37,383 nt of DNA from Paludibacteraceae bacterium (GCA_045630365.1 JAZQSZ010000121.1:1-37383); one strand, 5' to 3'; numbered from the stretch's first letter, positions 25,246 through 34,199 are shown. Numbers and translations: made by a program. Notes: generated from the letters alone by a model not told the origin.

Positions 25246-26151
25246 TTAATTACTCATTTGGTTTCTACGTCTTTGAGTTGCTCTATATTTTATTTTTGCG
25301 CCATAAAGAATCACAATACAAATCCCCCATATATGTAACATTATATTGGAAATTTTTATACTATTTAAACCATATAACCAATAATGAAAATCTATAAACC
25401 TCTTCTCCTTCTCAGGTAAAGCCATACGACATCGACAATATGCATATTCAAGAAAAGATAATTTTAGTTGGCGAGTACTTTTTGATGATATAGAATGCAT
25501 ATTCGTTCTTACAGTACTTGAATTCCAAGAATACTCTCCCTCTGGAAGCAAATAAGTAAATCTAATATTTGGATTTTTCCAGAATAAATAACACAATGTT
25601 AATTGATCCCTCCGTGTGTACTCAATATATAAGTCCCACCACATTTTATTTATATTCTTAACGACATCATTGTGCGTACGGAATATGATATTATTTTCAT
25701 AAAGTCCATTATGCCGTGGGAAATTATCCTTTCTTAGGAAATGACACCACTTGTATATATTTTCCTTAGTTTCTAAGTCATAGATTGCATAAGCTTCTTC
25801 GTAAATACAGTCTCTCTTTGGATGCTTTATTCCTGCCCAGTCTATCTTATGCTCATAGCATTCTACAACTCTGTCATAAATTCTTTGCCCTATAATTTGG
25901 ATATTTGCATCAATATATAAAGATGCTTCGTATTCTGCTAATAATTGATTAGGATGCATTTTAGGATAACGACTTTGACGAGTCTTATCTTGATTCTTAT
26001 AAGGTATTGACCTTACTTGCCAAACACCAATACTCTCTTTTTCTAGGTCATCAGTAAATAGAACATAGTCAAAACGATCATCAACAACAAGTGGTTGTTG
26101 AACGACATCGTATCCTCCTGTTTGGACCGTATATACTACAAATTGATTCAT
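25246..26151 (-). CDS. DUF616-like glycosyltransferase-domain protein with C-terminal TM segment
   Basis: 301 aa. The N-terminus VVYTVQTGGYDVV...YVLFTD resembles DUF616. Hydrophobic C-terminus (MLHIWGICIVILYG). Confidence 0.55.
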   Translation of the reverse strand: MNQFVVYTVQTGGYDVVQQPLVVDDRFDYVLFTDDLEKESIGVWQVRSIPYKNQDKTRQSRYPKMHPNQLLAEYEASLYIDANIQIIGQRIYDRVVECYEHKIDWAGIKHPKRDCIYEEAYAIYDLETKENIYKWCHFLRKDNFPRHNGLYENNIIFRTHNDVVKNINKMWWDLYIEYTRRDQLTLCYLFWKNPNIRFTYLLPEGEYSWNSSTVRTNMHSISSKSTRQLKLSFLEYAYCRCRMALPEKEKRFIDFHYWLYGLNSIKISNIMLHIWGICIVILYGAKIKYRATQRRRNQMSN

Positions 26152-26687
26152 AATTCTTTTGAAAATAAGTCCAACAGATATTTTCTTTTTTCTTCGTAGG
26201 GAAGAGAATTCATATACATAAAATCATCCTTATGCTTTCTTCTGTATTCGTCTAATGTACAAATTATTCTACAAGGATTACCAGCTGCTACTACATTTGC
26301 AGGGATATCTCTATTCACCAAACTACATGCTCCTATAATTGAATTATCACCAATATGTACATTGGCTAATATTGTGCTTCTACAACCAATAAAACAATTC
26401 TTACCTATTACAATTGGTCCAAAATAGCCAGTTTCTGGATTACCATCAGGTAGATTTCTAATTACACGCGTAGCAGCATCATGAGTGACAAATGCGACAT
26501 CAAAACTAATCGTAGTGTTATCACCTATCTTTATTAGATATGGTTCAGACCCCCACCATGGTTTTGTAACTATATCAACATTATCACCTAAAACCACTCC
26601 AAGTGACTTTGCCTCTTGTAAAACAGGTTTCACGTCGAACAACCAATTTCTTAATATTCTTTTAATTTTCTTAAATTTGAATGTCAT
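26148..26687 (-). CDS. hexapeptide-repeat (left-handed beta-helix) O-acetyltransferase
   Basis: 179 aa. IGKNCFIGCRSTILANVHIGDNSIIGACSLVNRDIPANVVAAGNPCRII. Confidence 0.85.
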   Translation of the reverse strand: MTFKFKKIKRILRNWLFDVKPVLQEAKSLGVVLGDNVDIVTKPWWGSEPYLIKIGDNTTISFDVAFVTHDAATRVIRNLPDGNPETGYFGPIVIGKNCFIGCRSTILANVHIGDNSIIGACSLVNRDIPANVVAAGNPCRIICTLDEYRRKHKDDFMYMNSLPYEEKRKYLLDLFSKEL

Positions 26688-26706
26688 TTTTATATTAAAT
26701 AAAATA

Positions 26707-27741
26707 TTACATTATTTTATAGTTTTTGTACCAACTTATGAACGATGAAAGCCCTTTATGCAGAGACCATAGAGGTTTATATCCCATATCTTCTTCAAGA
26801 TGAGAAGTATCTGCATTAGTTTGATAGACATCACCTGGTTGCATTGGTAAGAAATTTTTAATTGCTTCTTTGCCATAAGCAAGTTCTAATTCTGAAATAA
26901 AATCCATAAGTTTAATTGGATTACTACAACCTATGTTATATACCTTATGAGGTACATTATGAAGACATTTATTCATATCCAAAATGTAATCGACTGCCCG
27001 AATTGTTCCTTCTACGATATCATCAATATAAGTAAAATCACGTATCATATCGCCATTATTAAACACTTTGATAGGTTTACCCTCTCGTAGTGCATCTGCA
27101 AACAACATAGGAGACATATCTGGTCTTCCCCAAGGACCATAAACAGTAAAATAACGTAAACCTATTGTCTGAAAACCGTATAGTTTACTATAACAATGCG
27201 CCATCAATTCGTTTGATTTCTTGCTAGCAGCATAAAGACTTACAGGTGTATCAACCTTGTCATCTTCACTATATGGTACTTTATCATTCATGCCATACAC
27301 AGACGAAGATGAAGCAAAAACTAATTTTGGTATGCTAAAATTCCTGCAAGCTTCCAAAATATTTAAGAACCCAAGCAAATTACTCTGCATATAGGCATAT
27401 GGGTTTGTAATACTATAACGTACACCAGCTTGGGCTGCAAGATTGACAACAACATCAAAATGTGATTGTTCAAACAACGCATCTAATGACACCTTGTCAT
27501 CTATTGATAATCTTATAAATTTAAAATTGGAATAAACATCTGAAGTACACACTTCACCAAAGGGAATATTTATATCGTCACTTTTCACTCCTAAGAGTTC
27601 ACGAAGACGAGCATATTTCAGACGAACATCGTAGTAATCATTGATATTATCTATACCAATAACTTCATCTCCACGTTGTGCCAACATCTGACTCAATTTT
27701 GAGCCGATAAATCCAGCTGCTCCTGTAACTAAGATTTTCAT
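26707..27741 (-). CDS. NAD-dependent epimerase/dehydratase (UDP-glucuronate 4-epimerase-like SDR)
   Basis: 344 aa. MKILVTGAAGFIGS Rossmann motif and YAASK catalytic motif. First gene of the glycan operon, with a canonical promoter upstream. Confidence 0.85.
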   Translation of the reverse strand: MKILVTGAAGFIGSKLSQMLAQRGDEVIGIDNINDYYDVRLKYARLRELLGVKSDDINIPFGEVCTSDVYSNFKFIRLSIDDKVSLDALFEQSHFDVVVNLAAQAGVRYSITNPYAYMQSNLLGFLNILEACRNFSIPKLVFASSSSVYGMNDKVPYSEDDKVDTPVSLYAASKKSNELMAHCYSKLYGFQTIGLRYFTVYGPWGRPDMSPMLFADALREGKPIKVFNNGDMIRDFTYIDDIVEGTIRAVDYILDMNKCLHNVPHKVYNIGCSNPIKLMDFISELELAYGKEAIKNFLPMQPGDVYQTNADTSHLEEDMGYKPLWSLHKGLSSFISWYKNYKIM

Positions 27742-27779
27742 AATAGAAATATTGCTAAATTCTTTACTTTTTTACGCGA

Positions 27780-27811
27780 CAAAGGTAGTCATTTTTTTTG
27801 GATTACACAAA
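27780..27811 (-). promoter_or_regulatory. promoter of the glycan operon
   Basis: On the minus strand: TTTG, N20, TAccTTTG. The -7 box lies about 38 nt upstream of the epimerase ATG. Confidence 0.55.
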
Positions 27812-27889
27812 TATCTATGATATTTTGTGGAAAAATGGTGTGATTTTGGCGAGAATTACGGGATTTTGTATCTTTTTAGCCAACAGATG

Positions 27890-28005
27890 GTTCACATTTT
27901 GTTTTGCTTCCCCAAATGCGACATAATAGAGCAAAACACAAAAGTGGTCATGTTATTCTTAATTATTCTTAAAGCGCAGCGTATTCTTGACTAAATAAAT
28001 TCCAG
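27890..28005 (+). repeat. intergenic repeat family B, partial copy 4
   Basis: Hairpin gttttgct...agcaaaac followed by acaaaagtggtcatgttattcttaattattcttaaagcgcagcgtattcttgactaaat, matching 6520-6590. Confidence 0.7.
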
Positions 28006-28054
28006 TACGTAATTACCACCTAATTCTCCCACTCGCGACATCTATGATATAGAT

Positions 28055-28094
28055 ACAAAAAACACAGGACAGCAAAATTTTGCTGTCCTGTGTT
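28055..28094 (-). terminator. intrinsic terminator of sigma/primase operon
   Basis: Perfect palindrome aacacaggacagcaaaattttgctgtcctgtgtt, followed on the minus strand by TTTTGTATC. Confidence 0.75.
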
Positions 28095-28139
28095 AATTAA
28101 ATCATCCTGAAATCCTGCACTTTGCAAATCGCATCGACT

Positions 28140-28847
28140 TTACACTTTACACTTTACGCTTTCTAACTGCCTCAAAGCAATATCTCTAATCTGCCCGACT
28201 CGCTCCTTACTTACGCCTATCAACATCGCCACTTCTTGCAGACTCATAACATCTCGCACCCCCATTCCATACAGCAATTGCACTACCATTCTCTCTCGTC
28301 TCGGCAACTGTTTCAATGCGGCATAAACACCCTGCTTTATTTCCTCGCTAATCATCATGTTTTCTGCCGACTCATATGACGCACTACCTAGCACATTCGT
28401 CTCATCCACTACCATATCGGCATGACAAATATACTCCTCGTCATCTTCAAACACTTTACTATCCAGCATCAGCAACTCCTCTGACTTATTTTGCACAAAT
28501 AGCAATATCCTGTTCTTGATACACTCTGTGGCAAAACTAGCAAAACTATATCCTAACGACGCATCAAAGCAGTCTACCGCTTTTATCAGTCCGATATTGC
28601 CCTCTTGTATCAAGTCCAACACCTCTGCTTTATGCCTAAATTTTGAGTTTTTCGCCATACTCACTACCAGTCGTAAGTACGACTCTATTAGCACCTTTCT
28701 GGCTTCCATATCACCTTGACTCATACGTTCTATTACTGCGTATTCTTCTTGTTCAGTTAACATTTTGTATCTTGCCACTTCCTGTGAATACCAATCCAAT
28801 GGCGACTTCTCTGCTTCAAAATTCATAATACTTAATTTAAAATTCAT
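28140..28847 (-). CDS. sigma-70 family RNA polymerase sigma factor (non-ECF, group-3-like size)
   Basis: 235 aa. Region 2 LRLVVSMAKN...DLIQEGNIGLIKAVDCFD and region 4 LPRRERMVVQLLYGMG...LQEVAMLIGVSKERVGQIRDIALRQL. The start could instead be M8 at 28826. The C-terminal VKCKV and the stop come from a heptamer arm. Confidence 0.85.
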   Translation of the reverse strand: MNFKLSIMNFEAEKSPLDWYSQEVARYKMLTEQEEYAVIERMSQGDMEARKVLIESYLRLVVSMAKNSKFRHKAEVLDLIQEGNIGLIKAVDCFDASLGYSFASFATECIKNRILLFVQNKSEELLMLDSKVFEDDEEYICHADMVVDETNVLGSASYESAENMMISEEIKQGVYAALKQLPRRERMVVQLLYGMGVRDVMSLQEVAMLIGVSKERVGQIRDIALRQLESVKCKV

Positions 28848-29172
28848 AATTCATAATTCGTAATTCAATTTTCTCTCCGCGCTTTAGCGCTTTCTTTACC
28901 CGTTGACGCACTCTTTGGTGCATCTCTTTGGTTTTCAACACTAATCCCTTTAGTTCATAGACTCCCAAAGAAATCTCTCCTTTCACGCTTTTCATAGGTC
29001 CATTACCCTGCATAAAATATCGGTTAAAGTCCTTCTTCGTCACTTTGTATTCCCCGCACGGTCGATGTTTTGCAGGATGCTCTACGGTGTCACAGACTTT
29101 CTTGCCGTTGATATGGCATTCGCCATCAACGCCCCAACTGGAGAAATGTTTTCGTTTGATTTCAATATTCAT
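28837..29172 (-). CDS. hypothetical protein (possibly DUF5675-like)
   Basis: 111 aa. The pattern WGVDGECHINGKKVCDTVEHP...CGEYKV recalls DUF5675-type proteins; this is from memory only and is weak. Confidence 0.5.
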   Translation of the reverse strand: MNIEIKRKHFSSWGVDGECHINGKKVCDTVEHPAKHRPCGEYKVTKKDFNRYFMQGNGPMKSVKGEISLGVYELKGLVLKTKEMHQRVRQRVKKALKRGEKIELRIMNYEF

Positions 29173-29215
29173 AATTTTTAGTTTAGTGTTGAGTGTTTAG
29201 TGTTGAGTGAAGTTA
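29173..29215. repeat. heptamer arm (GTGTTKA flavour) between hypothetical gene and primase
   Basis: tttagtttagtgttgagtgtttagtgttgagtgaagttaagag. Confidence 0.7.
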
Positions 29216-30122
29216 AGAGTTGAGAGGTTGACCAAAGGTCGCTGAAGTCTTTACAGGTGGATGGAAGTTGATGCCTCACCAACTGCGGCAACCTCTTCTG
29301 CAATTCCCAGAACAACCGCTCCCCCGGTTCATCCTGGTCCGGATACATATGCAGATTCAGTCCTTTCAGCGGCACCAGATCCTCCTCCTTCAGCATACTA
29401 GCAGATGGTATCGCTATTGCTTTCCTGCCCGATGACAACATCGCCCAGCAGTCCGAACAACCTTCCGTTATCCACAACTCCTCGCCTGGGTATAACAATC
29501 TCAGCACCTGCAGGTTATATACATGACAACTCGCACCTCTCGGAAACCGAAATCTCGGTTTATCCTCCTTACCCAAGTACCGCGACTGCACACTCATCAA
29601 ACTGCCATCTGCACCATAATACGGTATCAACAACGATGGCGCATCGTAGAATGCTTTTCCATACCGCCAGCAGGGTGTAGGCACATCTATCGAACTCAAT
29701 CGGCACCATCTCACCACGCGCTCATCTATCCGCCTACTAGCCAACCACTCCTGTGCTTCCTGGTTCAGTTTCGGTATCGCCACCAGACTCTGCAGATAAG
29801 GCACATCTGCCTTATATTCCTTACTTTTCGCCACTTCGTTTATTTGCCTCATCGCCTCAAATACCATCGGTCCTCCAAGCCATTCACACGCTTCCTTAAA
29901 CCCACATCCTTTCAACCCCATCACCATATCTATCACTCCCCCGTGCGCATCGCATACGTAACATCTATACCGATTCCTCCTTGTGTCAAAACTCAAACTT
30001 GGATGTCTATCCTCGTGCCACGGACAGCGACTTTTGTGTCTTATTACTTGCAGACCTAATCGTTCTGCTACCATCTCGATCGGAGTATTATTCAACTCCT
30101 GTATTTTCCATTTCTCTATCAT
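29178..30122 (-). CDS. DNA primase-like protein (CHC2 zinc finger + Toprim)
   Basis: 314 aa. CPWHEDRHPSLSFDTRRNRYRCYVCDAHGGVIDMV is a DnaG-type CHC2 finger. LWITEGCSDCWAM...YPDQDEPG is Toprim-like. Confidence 0.85.
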   Translation of the reverse strand: MIEKWKIQELNNTPIEMVAERLGLQVIRHKSRCPWHEDRHPSLSFDTRRNRYRCYVCDAHGGVIDMVMGLKGCGFKEACEWLGGPMVFEAMRQINEVAKSKEYKADVPYLQSLVAIPKLNQEAQEWLASRRIDERVVRWCRLSSIDVPTPCWRYGKAFYDAPSLLIPYYGADGSLMSVQSRYLGKEDKPRFRFPRGASCHVYNLQVLRLLYPGEELWITEGCSDCWAMLSSGRKAIAIPSASMLKEEDLVPLKGLNLHMYPDQDEPGERLFWELQKRLPQLVRHQLPSTCKDFSDLWSTSQLLTSLNTKHSTLN

Positions 30123-30157
30123 AGTTCTTTATTGTTCTTATATTCAATTTGTTGTCT

Positions 30158-30215
30158 ACCTTCCGGTAGCCATTGCTGCTCCTCGCAACCTCTTAGCCCT
30201 CTATCTGCGATGCTT
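30158..30215. repeat. ~58-nt conserved non-coding block, copy 1 (upstream of primase)
   Basis: accttccggtagccattgctgctcctcgcaacctcttagccctctatctgcgatgc, compared with 36165-36222 acctgccggtagccattgttgttcctcgcaacctgtttgacctttatctatgatttt. Confidence 0.75.
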
Positions 30216-30283
30216 TTCCCGCCTCTCGCCTCTCGCCCATAGCCCCTCGCCCATAGCCAATAGCCAATAGCCTCTCGCCCATC
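30216..30283. repeat. heptamer array (CTCGCCY/GCCCATA/GCCAATA)
   Basis: ttcccgcctctcgcctctcgcccatagcccctcgcccatagccaatagccaatagcctctcgcccatc. Confidence 0.8.
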
Positions 30284-31609
30284 TCACACCTTCTCAAAAG
30301 TATTCTTATCCACCTCACGTATCACCCTCATCTTTCGCCACATGTATAGGAATACTCTTGACGGGGTTGTTAAACCTAATTCCTCAATTTTCAGATTCAA
30401 CTGATCTCTCGTAAACGGACTAGTCAATTGCTCAAACAATATCGGTTTCGCTTGCACCATATGACTCAAATCACGCTTCTGGTTCAACTCGTCAAACGAC
30501 TTTCCCCAACGATTCAGCATACTATTCAAGGTATATTCTGCCATGTACAAGTAGATCTTCTTGCTGAGTTTCTGCATCTTATCCTCGCTGTAGGCACCTT
30601 CCAAGCGATACAGATAGTAGCACAGTGCCGCCACACGAAAAGCTGTTACACTACTACGCTTACGAAACACATCCAAGGACTTATTTCCCGACAATGCCGC
30701 CTCTTGTCCCTTCTCTTTAATCCATTTACAGATCGTTTTATTCAGCCATGACATATCCAAATCCACCACAGGCTGCAACCCGCCATCCTCGTCATAGGTC
30801 TCGCTCATCAGATGACTCAACATACTGTCTATCCTCTTCTTCTGCTCCGGACTATACGGAATAAATATTGCACCTTCCTGACCCAAATCATCGTCCAGTG
30901 GACACAGCAGACAGCGGGTCACATTACCGCCCTCGATAGCCTTCTTGTCGTAATAGTCATCGACCGCCGAAGGAGTGGCGCAGAACATCGAACAGATGTT
31001 GATATCCACTATCGCCGAATACGAATTTTCAGAGGCAAAGTCGATACCGAACTGCGAACCCAAGTCATATGCGGTACGCATAATTGTTCGCAGGTTTGAA
31101 TAGCCCTGTTTGCCCGCATCCGTCACTTGCGCCAACTCCTCGGCAAACATCCAGAAGGTCAAAGTATCCTTCAATACTCGCTGAAACATATCCGCACGCT
31201 TGGTCAACACGGTCTTCGATATAGTCGCAGGCACCACTCGGATGGTCGTCTGTGGTTCTTCACCAACCTTCTCGTTTGCTCGTCTGCGTTTTTTGAGTTC
31301 TCGGTACTCCTGTTCAGCACGACGCATCGCTTGGTCTTTGAGTTTCAGGGTTTTGTCCATGATAAGTGACTCGATATCGGCGGCAAACGACTTACCGGAT
31401 GACTGTGCACCTTCTATCAGTACTTGTAGCAGCAATGCTGATGGTCGGCTGTCGTAGTAATACTGCAACCTGACTCTGCTGCATAGTGCACATAGGGGTG
31501 ATAAACTGGCCACGAAGGCGGGTACTTTTCTACTACTGGGAGCGTTGCTCACGATCTCCCTAATTATCGCAGGTAATTCCTGGTCTTTTGGTAAAACGAA
31601 TGTATTCAT
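30284..31609 (-). CDS. P-loop protein associated with primase (DUF3987-like?; helicase/loader candidate)
   Basis: 441 aa. Walker-A-like GAQSSGKS. Sits immediately upstream of the primase. The family assignment is tentative. Confidence 0.55.
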   Translation of the reverse strand: MNTFVLPKDQELPAIIREIVSNAPSSRKVPAFVASLSPLCALCSRVRLQYYYDSRPSALLLQVLIEGAQSSGKSFAADIESLIMDKTLKLKDQAMRRAEQEYRELKKRRRANEKVGEEPQTTIRVVPATISKTVLTKRADMFQRVLKDTLTFWMFAEELAQVTDAGKQGYSNLRTIMRTAYDLGSQFGIDFASENSYSAIVDINICSMFCATPSAVDDYYDKKAIEGGNVTRCLLCPLDDDLGQEGAIFIPYSPEQKKRIDSMLSHLMSETYDEDGGLQPVVDLDMSWLNKTICKWIKEKGQEAALSGNKSLDVFRKRSSVTAFRVAALCYYLYRLEGAYSEDKMQKLSKKIYLYMAEYTLNSMLNRWGKSFDELNQKRDLSHMVQAKPILFEQLTSPFTRDQLNLKIEELGLTTPSRVFLYMWRKMRVIREVDKNTFEKV

Positions 31610-31626
31610 AATTCTCTGATTATCTT

Positions 31627-31944
31627 TTACTCTAATAGGTCTCTCTTCGCCGTCATCAGATCTCTGTAGATGCTACCTGCTACTTTCAGCACACTCGCAT
31701 CGTCATCCAAAATCATCGGTTTGAAGTTCACACTCAGACTGCCGTCTGGTTTCTTACTAATGTTCAGCGTCTTTCCACTCCACAATCGTGGGTTGCGGTT
31801 GTTGCTTCTTTTGGCTGCTTCGTAGAACACAAAATTGTCTTCATCTTGCATACTCAACACGCCTGTTCTTGACTCCTGTGGACGGAAATATGTCTCCGCG
31901 GTCATTGCCTTTAGATCCACACACAAATAAATCTGCTTCTTCAT
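31627..31944 (-). CDS. hypothetical protein
   Basis: 105 aa from the internal ATG (MKKQIYLCVDLK). The longer 32013 start would overlap the upstream ORF. I recognise no motif. Confidence 0.5.
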   Translation of the reverse strand: MKKQIYLCVDLKAMTAETYFRPQESRTGVLSMQDEDNFVFYEAAKRSNNRNPRLWSGKTLNISKKPDGSLSVNFKPMILDDDASVLKVAGSIYRDLMTAKRDLLE

Positions 31945-31945
31945 A

Positions 31946-32326
31946 CTAGTTATTATTATATATGTTATATATAGATTCCATAAAATCATCTGGACGAATA
32001 AAGGTCGAACCATCCACTATAGGATCAAAATCCAACACTTCCTTTGTGCTAACTTCACAACGAACATCGTATTGCTTCAAGCATAGATTCATCATTTCAA
32101 CGGCTTTTTTACAATACTCTCGCCACATCTTTCTGCACAGCTCTTTGCCTATAGAAATCGTTACACTCATTCTGCATTCGCTCTCCTCATGAAATTCTTT
32201 TACAAACGACCAAAATCGCAGATGCTCACGTGCAGACAGTAATGCCTGTCTTGAGGGACATACCATGGTGATATGTACTAAACCTGTCACGCTCTTTTTC
32301 CTACAGATACTACAGTTCCATTTCAT
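31946..32326 (-). CDS. hypothetical protein
   Basis: 126 aa. First gene of the minus-strand operon, with a promoter-like TAccTTTG box about 60 nt upstream. No recognised domain. Confidence 0.5.
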   Translation of the reverse strand: MKWNCSICRKKSVTGLVHITMVCPSRQALLSAREHLRFWSFVKEFHEESECRMSVTISIGKELCRKMWREYCKKAVEMMNLCLKQYDVRCEVSTKEVLDFDPIVDGSTFIRPDDFMESIYNIYNNN

Positions 32327-32391
32327 AACTTTATAATTTTAAATGATTAGTAATTTCTTAACACGAAATTCATGATTCAAATTTTCGAACC

Positions 32392-32421
32392 ATTTTCTAC
32401 TACAAAGGTATTAAACACTAT
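32392..32421 (-). promoter_or_regulatory. candidate promoter of the replication/sigma operon
   Basis: On the minus strand: TTTG, N18, TAccTTTG. The spacing is 1 nt short of the usual 19-21. Confidence 0.4.
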
Positions 32422-32500
32422 AGAACTTCAAAGCACATAATGAGTTCCCTAAAATAACTACTTAATACCGTGCAACTTACATACTTTTTTTTCTTATTTA

Positions 32501-32529
32501 GAGAACTCAGTTCTCTCCTCAGTTCTCTA
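32501..32529. promoter_or_regulatory. operator-like inverted plus direct repeat in the divergent control region
   Basis: agagaac-tca-gttctct is a perfect 7-bp inverted repeat, followed by a second tcagttctct. Confidence 0.4.
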
Positions 32530-32574
32530 TTTGGTGGATTCTTTAGGAAAAGTTTGGGGATTTGAGTATTTATA

Positions 32575-32606
32575 TTTGCAAGAGTCGAAAAAAAATAGTA
32601 TCTTTG
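32575..32606 (+). promoter_or_regulatory. Bacteroidota-type promoter of the four-gene operon
   Basis: TTTG (32575-32578), N20, then TAtcTTTG (32599-32606). The ATG lies 20 nt downstream. Confidence 0.6.
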
Positions 32607-32625
32607 CACCCTCAAATGATTAAGC

Positions 32626-33516
32626 ATGAGCAACAAGAAAAACAATATGCCCAAATGGGATGATTACTCCATCCGTTCTACTGCCTACTATCAAAAACAA
32701 GGTGGTATATATAGTATACTTCTTACCATTCTTATGAATATGAGAAGTACATTCCGGTATAGGTATATAAACCAACCTTACATGGTTCTCAATTATGCTA
32801 CATTTAAATGCGACTGTTTGATTTATGGAGATGGCGAACTAGACGAAATACTTGCTAACTGTTCAAAAGAAGAAAAATATACAATTTTAATATTACTTCT
32901 GACTAATAAACATTATGATAATAAGATTTGGGTAATACAATATTACCAAACTTTAAAGTCTAGTGGCGATAAGATGTTCTATCAGTTTGATTCTTTGTGG
33001 AGTAGAATCATAGAAGACGAAAACATTGACTTACCTGAAGATATTTCTTTAAACAACCATTCTAAAACTGAAAAAGAGATACTAGACAATTCACTAGCTG
33101 ATGAAATACTAGCACTGAAAGCGAATCTACAAGATGCACAAAAGACAATAGAGGAACAACAAAAAACAATTCAGAACCTTAATAATACTACCGCAAATTC
33201 TATTGACAAATATTTTACCTTGGAGATACTCATAGACTATGTGCGTTCAAGGAGACATTACCATAATTCCCTGCAAATTATCAATATGATCAAAGATTTG
33301 TTAAGAGGGTGTAATGACAAAGCAATCTGGGACAAAGTAGATGCTATGGAGCAAGAGATGTTAGAGAAAGACCAACCGCATTCGATAATAAACAATAATA
33401 CCATTACTGGCAGTAACGTAATAACTGGGTTAGTAAATAATCCTAAATTCCCTATCGGAGTTGATCCAGTCGAATTTATACAATCAGCTGTTAACGAAAA
33501 ATTAAATTCTCTATAA
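32626..33516 (+). CDS. hypothetical protein A of four-gene operon (central coiled-coil-like segment, Asn-rich C-terminus)
   Basis: 296 aa. A canonical promoter lies 20 nt upstream. The heptad-like stretch EILALKANLQDAQKTIEEQQKTIQNLNN is present. No recognised domain. Confidence 0.65.
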   Translation: MSNKKNNMPKWDDYSIRSTAYYQKQGGIYSILLTILMNMRSTFRYRYINQPYMVLNYATFKCDCLIYGDGELDEILANCSKEEKYTILILLLTNKHYDNKIWVIQYYQTLKSSGDKMFYQFDSLWSRIIEDENIDLPEDISLNNHSKTEKEILDNSLADEILALKANLQDAQKTIEEQQKTIQNLNNTTANSIDKYFTLEILIDYVRSRRHYHNSLQIINMIKDLLRGCNDKAIWDKVDAMEQEMLEKDQPHSIINNNTITGSNVITGLVNNPKFPIGVDPVEFIQSAVNEKLNSL

Positions 33517-33518
33517 GA

Positions 33519-34199
33519 ATGAACCCTAACAATGAAAATCAACCAACTATTGTGAATCACAATGAGATGCACAATTGCAATGTTTTTAACGGAAATGTTT
33601 ATAATGCGACATTCCCGTTGCCTGGTGCGCAAGTAACCATTCATCAATACGCTGCTGATTCCACAGGTAACCCCAAACAAGAAAAACAAGGTCCTATAGA
33701 ACCTGCAGAAGAACGCACAAAGCGCAAAGAGGTGGCTTTTAACAATATGTACCGTAAACTTGAGAACCTTGAAGAGAGTATGCTAGGTTACAACAATAAC
33801 GGAGAGCGAATCACACACTTTCAATTGTCGATACTTTTGCATAGATGTTTAGGTATGCACTCTACGCCTTCAAAAGAAGAGTATATGCCTATCCAAGAAA
33901 CCTTATGGACTATTTTGATTGATGCTCGTAATAGATGTATTAAAGACCCTAAAGAACTTTATTACCCACAAACATTTCTGAATATTGTAGGTTATCTTCG
34001 CAAGCAACAGATTATTATCAATACACAGCCGACTCAATTGCTCGGTATCTTGTATCCTGATTTAAGAGATAGTGAAAAAAAGAGGTTATCCGTACACATA
34101 GATAGAGTATTCTTGACAACAAGCAATAACCCAATTATTGACGGACTCGAAGATATGTTTAACTTCTATACAAACCTTTTGAAAAATGGCGAAATCTAA
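33519..34199 (+). CDS. hypothetical protein B of four-gene operon
   Basis: 226 aa. Starts 2 nt after the gene A stop. Asn-rich N-terminus NHNEMHNCNVFNGNVYNATF. No recognised domain. Confidence 0.6.
   Translation: MNPNNENQPTIVNHNEMHNCNVFNGNVYNATFPLPGAQVTIHQYAADSTGNPKQEKQGPIEPAEERTKRKEVAFNNMYRKLENLEESMLGYNNNGERITHFQLSILLHRCLGMHSTPSKEEYMPIQETLWTILIDARNRCIKDPKELYYPQTFLNIVGYLRKQQIIINTQPTQLLGILYPDLRDSEKKRLSVHIDRVFLTTSNNPIIDGLEDMFNFYTNLLKNGEI

Noticed and set aside
31945-32013. Longer start (32013) for the ORF at 31627-32013.
   Set aside because: It would overlap the upstream gene by 68 nt and adds an AT-rich hydrophobic artefact. The internal ATG at 31944 abuts the upstream stop.
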